A DNA stretch of 58,507 nt, counting the filler, from Dugesia japonica (lineage: Eukaryota): the NCBI GenBank assembly GCA_001938525.1. It is 6 parts of 6 records of this genome, joined end to end, with 100 filler letters (N's around TTAATTAATTAA, not from the genome) between each part and the next. Parts side by side here need not be neighbours in the genome. Positions count along the whole stretch, not along the records: positions 48,772 to 58,507 come from MQRL01255510.1; 5 more parts are not named here. One strand, written 5' to 3'. This document shows, in pieces, positions 51,337 to 58,507 of the stretch (position 1 is the first letter of the stretch; every line of letters starts with the position of its first letter). Under the pieces are notes generated by a model. That model saw only the letters and a program-made list of their open reading frames with translations. It had not been told where the DNA came from and ran no database searches. Made by a program: the position numbers and the translations under genes.

Positions 51337-53004
51337 TCAATGTTTGTTTAGTCGTAATGTGGTCGTAGTCTTTATAGGTTCCGTAGTAGTGATTTCCATA
51401 CCTTCCCAACGATTCTGTTTTGTCTCAATTTTGCGTATATTCGACATCCAGTTATTCAGAAACTCCACTCTTCTCACTTCCTTCTTCTGGTTTTCTGTTA
51501 TAGTGGTTGTTTGGATTTTACTAGTAGTTGATAATCTGGGTGTGGATGTTGACCTTTTGGTACTCTGCTTTCGTTTTCCTTTTGTTTTCATTTTGATTAT
51601 TACATCCTGGTTGATTACTGTGATGAACTCGAATCCATATAAACCTTTAGTAAATTCCCCAATGTATAATTCTTGATTTCTTCTCCTTCCGCAATATTCT
51701 CTACTATTGAATTTCTATCCCCATTCGTAGAGGTTCTTGAGTGGGTGTACTAATAATCTTTCTACTCTCTCTCCGAATTGTATGTAATATATCTCCTTGT
51801 TCCTTTTTACCTGTAATGGGTATGGTGCTGGTCGCCAGTATGGTTTCCATCCTTTAAAATCCTGATTTGTTATGGAGCATACCTCATGACCTTGAGTAAT
51901 TGTTATGCTCTTCTGACCTAGTTCTCTCCAGTTTTTATTCCACACAACCGCTTCGTATAGCATGATCTGCCATATCATGGTATGGTAAAGATACTCATTC
52001 TTTGAACATATTTTTGTTATCTCCTCCCCGATATTAGTGGTCACCCATTCTTTGTACCTGATGTTATTCTCCGAATAAGACAATACGAGGTTCATTTCTT
52101 GTGTGGGTTCGAATTCGTGACTTGCTTCATAAACTAATGGGTTCCTTTTATTTTTCAACGTTACGTCCCAGAATTTTTCTATCTGCCAATTGTGGACATC
52201 AATTGACAATAGGTTTCCTTCCATTGGTCCTTGACTAAAGAGTTGTATGATAATTTTCTTTGGTACCTGATGCAGTCTAATCATCGTGGTTTTTTGACTT
52301 TTGATTGCCGGGTTTAGAATTAATTGTCCATAGTTGTACAGTACTTGGGTTTTCTGTTCCCTTTGCAGCCCTACATGGTTTATTGTTATGGCGTGTATTT
52401 TCTTTTCCTTGATAAATATTCGATGTTCTGTTAGCACTGGTTCGTTTACTTGACATTCTTGCCCGCTGATTCCTTTTAGGATTACCATTATTATGGTGGT
52501 TAAAATGATTTGCCACTTCGAGATTCCATTTTGAGTAACCACCTGTATTTGCGGCGTTGCCAACGTAGGTAATGCGTAGTAATGCCCATAACCATAAAAT
52601 TGTTTTGGTTATCGCTTCCGTCGGGATCTTACTCCTGTTTTCTTGTGATAATTTTTCTTCTGCGTCTCTTGATTTATTTGTTCTGCTTTGCAGGATCTGA
52701 TAACTATTTTTATTTCCTTTAATTCCTTTTTTGCTAAGTTGAGTAATCGTTTCTTCTCTTCCTCCATCATATCCTGTTGCTCCTTTATTGACTTTTCTAT
52801 TATCCTTTCCCCGCTCTGCTCGTCTTCCAGGTTCTTGTCGATCTTACTGAGTTCTGATTTCCATAAGTTTAGATCTTTCCATTTTATCATTTCATTTACT
52901 CGACAATCCTCTTGTACAGGTGGTCCAATCATCCCCCATGGTAAGAGAGCTTCCTGTGGTTCGTAAATTCTCAACCAACCCCATTGTACTAGGGTTCGAT
53001 GCAA
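51337..53004 (-). pseudogene. Env-like or secreted-protein ORF: coiled coil, RSRRKR, internal signal-like peptide, ectodomain, Thr-rich tail
   Basis: ORFs 53004-52609, 52563-51715 and 51591-51337 share one frame, separated by single stops. Hydrophobic WQIILTTIIMVILKGISG|QEC. Confidence 0.6.
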
Positions 53005-53267
53005 TAGATGAATGGATGATAGTAATTCTTCACAGTATATTTCGGTACATGATAAACATAATCTTTTTTATGGTGGATTGCTGAACAGGTGCTTCGATTG
53101 GTAATTTAAGTTCTGATCCTTCACAATCTTTTTGAACCAATTTTCCCGTCTTAATAACCATGTTTTCCTGTCATAAATAGCCTTGAAGGTAATTTTTAAT
53201 ATAGTTTGTGTTTTCTTTATACATTGTGTACAATTTCCTTCTATTTGAGTTACTGTAAGTGGGCATG

Positions 53268-55156
53268 TTATTTTCCTGATATGGACACAGTTCTCCTCTG
53301 TTTTCGATGTTTGGGTTCATTAATGGCTTTATTATCAATTAAAGGCGCAATCAGTGGTGCTTGGATATGATTTTTTGTTCTATATATTTTACTTGTTGAT
53401 CTTATTTCTGCAAGGTTTGTTTCTGCTGTTTCTATATTTGCAGCAGGTGCCCCCGTTTCTTGTATTATTATTTTTTTATTGGCAGCAGGTAGGCTCGTTT
53501 TTTGTTTTACTACTGTCTCGTTTCTCGATATTAATCCTTCCACATTTTCTTTAAACTCAGCGTCCTCGCTGAGATCGTTTAACCTTATTCTTATCTTCCT
53601 TTTTGGTACATGATTGTTTTGTGGTTTTCCATATATCATCATAGCTTTTTGTAACCGTAATGGATAGCTATGCGATATATTTAGTTCAGAGTTCTCTGCC
53701 TTGCGTGGTCTTTCTGGTCCTTTATGTTTTGTTGTATCTTTTATAGCACCTGATGTTGACGTTGTTTTCTCTGTAGTTGCTGCCTTTTTACATAAGTTTG
53801 CGTGATATATTTTTGGTTTCTCTAACAGGTTTCCTTTCTTCCTTACTTTGAGATTGGTTTCTGTTACTTCGATTACTTCATATGGCCCTTGCCACGGTCT
53901 TTTTAGTTTTGACGTGGTACCCACACAAATATCAGGTAAATTGATCAATACCATATATCCTTTTTTAAATGAATGTTGCATTGCTGTTTTATCGTGTAAA
54001 TCTATAACTTTCCTGATAAAATCCCACATTCTCCTTGGCTTGTTTCCATATTTTTTGCATAGTTTCTTTGAAATTTGCTGCAAAATCTGTTTCGTCCTGA
54101 TATTGTGTTATTGGTGGCTGAAATTCCAGATCAATAGGCATGTTGCATTCTCTACCATACATGAGTCCAAACGGAGTATATTTAGTGGCTGGATGCACAC
54201 TCATTCTATATGCAAATAGACACAACTGAATATGTTTGTCCCAATTGTTCTGTTCCTTCTGTGCGTAACTAGATAACATGTTAATCAATGTTTTATTAAA
54301 TCTCTCCGTTAACCCATCTGTCTGAGGGTGGTAAGGTGATGTTCGTAACTGGTGAATTTTGAGGAAGTTTGATACTTCAGCTAATATATTACTCATGAAG
54401 TTTTTTCCCTGGTCCGTCAATATATTTCTTAGGTGTACCATATCTGCTGAAGAATTTTCGTACCACAATATCTACTATGGTAGTTGCTTTTTGATTTTTC
54501 ATCGGAAATGCCTCCGGTAATTTGGACAGATAATCCATTATGGTAAGGATATATATATTTCCACTTAGTGTTGGAGGTAATGGTCCAACTACGTCCATAG
54601 CAATGATTTCCATTGGAGCTGCTGGTACCGCAATTGGTTTTAATAATGCTTTTACTCTTTTGCCCGTTCCTCTTCTGGCAGCACATATTTGACATTTCGC
54701 AATCCAATCCTTTACTGATTCAGTTATACGTGGCTAGTAATATTTCTGTCTCAATTTGGATTCTGTTTTCTTATGAGACATGTGTCCACCGAGTACACCA
54801 TTGTGATACTGTTCTAAAAATTTGTCTCGTCTTGCTTTATGAATAACTAATACAGTATTGTCTCCATCTTGAGCAGTCAACCATCCTTTGGTAAACGCGT
54901 AACGACCGCCATTTTTCTTAAAGTGCTCTTTCGTCTTGGGTTCACATTCTAACTTCTCCAAATTGTAATTCTCCATAAATTTTGTGATGATCTGTATTTC
55001 CTCATCATCCGCTTGTGCTTGTTTTAATCCATCGAAATTCCGATCTTCTGCTAAAATGAAATATACCATTCCTACTTTTAATAATTCTCTTAACGTAAAT
55101 GTTTCCGTATCTTCCGGTGTATTCTCCGTGACTTCTGGTCCACCAATTCTTGACAA
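53268..55156 (-). pseudogene. Gypsy integrase (HHCC, DDE, GPY/F) with a long C-terminal extension
   Basis: YHNGVLGGH..KCQIC, IAMDVVGPLP, ILTDQGKNF, TSPYHPQTDGLTERFNKTL, TPFGLMYGRE, WQGPYEV; one stop and several frameshifts. Confidence 0.93.
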
Positions 55157-55169
55157 ACAATCCGCATTT

Positions 55170-57381
55170 GAATGGCTTTACCCGTTTTAAATTTTAACAG
55201 CGGACAATAATCTTGCATTGCTAATTGCCATTTTGCCATTCTGTTCCATCGTAAGGGTTTTTGTGCCATAAAATTAATTGGCAAGTGATCCGTGTTGATT
55301 AAAACCTCGTGACCGTGTATGAGTGATCGAAAGTGTTTGGTGGCTATAACGATAGCCATTATTTCTCGTTCTGTAGTGCTATAATTCAATTCAGCACCCT
55401 GAAATTTCTTGCTGAAATACGCAATCACTCTTTCTCTGCCTTGTTCCTCTAGTTGACTTAATACTGCGCCCATTGCATATCCACTAGCATCCGTAGCTAA
55501 TATAAATGGTTTTTTAAAATCTGGATGTACCAAGATTGGTGCTGTTAGCAATTTATCTCGTAATGTCTCAAATGATTGCTGTTGTTCTGGTCCCAATATA
55601 AATGCAGTATCTTGTTTAACCAATTCTTGCATAGGTTTTGCAATTTTAGCAAAATCTTTAATGAATTTCCGATAGTAATTGGCAAGACCGAGGAATTCCT
55701 GTATTTTGAGTACGCAATTTGGTGACGCTAAATTCCGTATCTTTTCGGTGTTTCGAGGGTCAGGTTCTTTTCCTTTATCTGATATTAGATGACCCAAATA
55801 AGTCACTTTATTCATTGCCCATTCACATTTAGTAGGCTTAACCTTTAAATTCCATTTCCGCAATCTGATAAACACACTCCTTAGATTGTTGACGTGACTT
55901 TCGAATGTTGGTGAATATATAAGTAAATCGTCAATGTAGACCATGCATTGAGATATGCCGTGAGTTACATAATTCATCATTCTTTGAAATGAGGCTGGGG
56001 CATTAGTAAGCCCAAATGGCATACGGATAAACTGATATAAGTCTTTCCCTGTAGAAAAGGCGGTTTTTTCTCTGTCCTCTGGTTTGATTTTTATTTGCCA
56101 GTAGCCGCTTCGCAAATCCAATGTAGTAAATATTTTAGCGTTACACAGTAATTGCAGTAATTCGTTGATGTCGGGCAACGGGTAAGTGTCTTTTTTCGTC
56201 TGAGCATTTAATCTTCGATAATCGATACAAAATCTTTGAGTCCCATCTTTCTTATCTACTAATACCACTGGTGACTGCCATGGTGAGCAGCTGGGTTCTA
56301 TTACGCCGATTTTCACTAACTTAGCTGTTTCTTTATTTGCGAATTCTTTTTTCTCCATCGACATAGCATATGGTTTCTGCTTGCATAAGGTTTCATCTGT
56401 TAGTGGAATTGTGTGCATCGTTGCTGTGCACATCCCTAATTCTTCGTCAGTCCATGCAAAGATATCTCGAAATTCCTCCAATAATTGTAGTATTGCTTTC
56501 TTTTGATCATCCGTTAGCGTTTCGGTTTCCACTTTAAATGTTCTATCTACTTCTGGTTTGGTGGCTATTTCTTCTATCTCCCCTGCTTCTGGTTCGATGG
56601 GTGTTAGTGTACCTATCCTGGAATTTGGTTTGATTTTGATATCTTTTTCTGTAAAATTGACCAAACTAACTGGTACTTCTCCACTCTTATTAACTGTAGT
56701 TATCCCTCCTGCTGTGGGTAACTCATATTGTTGTGCAAATCCATCATAAGGTTCGAAATAACAGTCTCCTTCGTACGCACTTTTGGTGCTTACTACACAA
56801 TATACTTGGCATCTACTGGGTACCAAAATTTCTTCATGATCTTTAACATGAGTATAACCCTCCAAAGATTGTAACTGTAATGTGGAGAAGTTTAAGATAC
56901 CGTTCTTCATCAAAATTAGGAGAATATCTGTACCTAAAATACACTGTCCCGCCATTTCTACTATTATCATGCTGTGCTTGATTTTGTTATCTTGATATTC
57001 GACTTCGCAAGCTGATTCCCCAAAAATCTTCAGACTACTTCCATTTGCCACATCTGCCGTGGTGTTAGTGGGTAATATGTTTTTATATTCGGTTATCGCA
57101 ATTTCATCTATTGATAACAACGAGATGGTTGCTCCCGTATCTAGTAACGCGGTTGTAGGTCTTCCATTGATTCTTACTATGATTGTTAATATTGGTCCGC
57201 CACTGAGACTTGCGCATACCACATCTGTAGCTTTATGGCCGGGGTTGTGCTGTTTCTTGGTTTTCCATCTGGGTTCCCGTTCTTGGAACCGGATCCAATC
57301 ATCCTGTATAATAGTAGTTTTCTCATAATCGGGACTTAGATTGTTTTGCTCTCTTCTGTTTCTACGTGGTTGCTGATTCAT
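55170..57381 (-). CDS. pol: Gypsy Pol: protease 2, RT, RNase H
   Basis: ALLDTGATISL..CILGTDIL; SPWQSPVVLVDKKDG..RFCIDYRRLN, LDLRSGYWQI, MPFGLTNAPASFQ, YIDDLL; TDASGYAMGAVL, YSTTEREIMAI, TDH. Confidence 0.96.
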
Positions 57382-57399
57382 TACTGGCTGATTCCACTG

Positions 57400-58507
57400 C
57401 TATGACGGTTTTTTCCGGGTTATTATTAATCTAGTTTTCTGATATCCTACTGGAGTATATTCGTGTTCACGGTTTTCTCGTAATGATAGTTTTTTGAGGT
57501 CTAAAATTCCTTCTGGGCAGATACGCAGTAAGAGATCCAATCCTATTAGACAGTCGAATCTTAATTCGTTCATTATTTGCAATTTGTGCCACAGGCGTAC
57601 CCCGTCGCTCTCTACCGCACATACCGCTTCACCAATAGGCGATATTTTTCCTCCTGAGGCGTTGATGATAACTCCTTTAGTAATATTTATCCTGAGTAGT
57701 CGATAATCTTCCAGCACTCTTTTGTGGACTAACGTTGTACTCGCCCCCGTATCAATAATAGCTATTACCCATCTTCCATTTATTTTCATTCGTTTTTGTA
57801 GTAGTTTGGCTCGTGGAGAAATCATCATACACACGGTTTGAGTTTCTAGTTTATCATCGTCCGTGATTCTGTTAGTTGGGGGGTAGAAATTCTGTTCAGC
57901 AACTCTTCGGTCAACGGAGGTCACATTATTTTCTGTTAATAAGGCTGTATTAGGGGCCTGTGGTGCATTTATATAAGGAGTGTTATACATAGGCCCTGGT
58001 GCCCATACCTGTGGTGGTTGTTGATTCCTAGGTTGCCAGCCCTGTTGCGGATAGGCGGTATAGTACATTTGTGCTGGTGCTGGGATATTCTCATTTCCTC
58101 CGAACTTAAATGCATTTTTCAGTCGCTACATTTTACTGATTTTCTCATATTGTTGCCTTTTGAATTCTGCTTCATATTCCATAGCGGTTTTATAACTAGG
58201 TACATGTGGTATTCCGCTGTTTTCTCCTCTATCGTCATCGCTACTGCTGCTACTCTCGTCCTTATTTTTAAACCTTTTTTTAAATTGGTTGAAGTACGAT
58301 ATTTTCTTCTTGGCGTTGCTCATTTCTTCACATAATAGTCTGAGTTGCATTATGACTTCTTTGTCGGATCCTCTGATTTGTCCGAGTTTTCGAATAAATC
58401 TTTTTACTCTATCAATGTCTTTTGAATAGCTATTAAGTACCATAGTTTTGGCTAAGAAAGGGAATATTCCGGTTACCATTTTCCAATTCACCTTCTTTTC
58501 TCTTTTA
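57400..58507 (-). CDS. Upstream polyprotein part: acidic and Pro/Gln-rich region plus aspartic protease 1
   Basis: Same frame as Pol, with TAG stops at 58126 and 57400. INGRWVIAIIDTGASTTLV...INASGGKI...CLIGLDLL. Confidence 0.85.

Larger units (their letters stand above)
48772..58507 (-). mobile_element. Large Ty3/Gypsy (Metaviridae) element, internal region with accessory ORFs; both LTRs lie outside the contig
   Basis: PR-PR-RT-RH-IN order followed by densely packed, same-strand, intronless ORFs. No LTR or PPT is seen in the ~90-200-nt spacers between them. Confidence 0.88.

Noticed and set aside
57400-58128. In-frame TAG codons as programmed readthrough sites
   Set aside because: This copy has several other single stops and frameshifts (54734, 52609, 51715, ~50347), so decay explains them. 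A multi-copy consensus is needed.

Overview
Very AT-rich eukaryotic (animal) genomic DNA. Short GT-AG introns, the TE repertoire and an 18S fragment are compatible with a planarian flatworm, but that is inference. The window is not contiguous: five artificial 100-bp spacers (44 N + TTAATTAATTAA + 44 N) join six unrelated contigs (1-12326, 12427-20895, 20996-29337, 29438-37748, 37849-48671, 48772-58507). Host genes: a complete two-exon PI31/PSMF1, a partial MYLIP/IDOL-like FERM gene, the 5' exons of an insulin-degrading enzyme (M16), and an intronless PKA type II regulatory subunit. The rest is mostly mobile DNA: two decayed Gypsy elements with LTR-like segments, a maT/Tc1-mariner copy, several MITEs, a hAT transposase interrupted by a hammerhead-bearing Penelope-like element, and a decayed Maverick/Polinton. 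Two systems stand out. (1) A large Ty3/Gypsy element (48772-58507, minus strand) has two tandem aspartic proteases, RT-RNase H-integrase and a signal-peptide-bearing Env-like ORF. These are followed by intronless accessory ORFs, including a BIR-(BIR)-RING IAP, each preceded by a splice acceptor. (2) The Maverick carries a ~150-aa two-repeat TATA-binding-protein-like gene, with a homologous relic on another contig, and its packaging-ATPase P-loop is split by an inserted 18S rRNA fragment. All assignments come from motif recognition by eye; no database searches were run.
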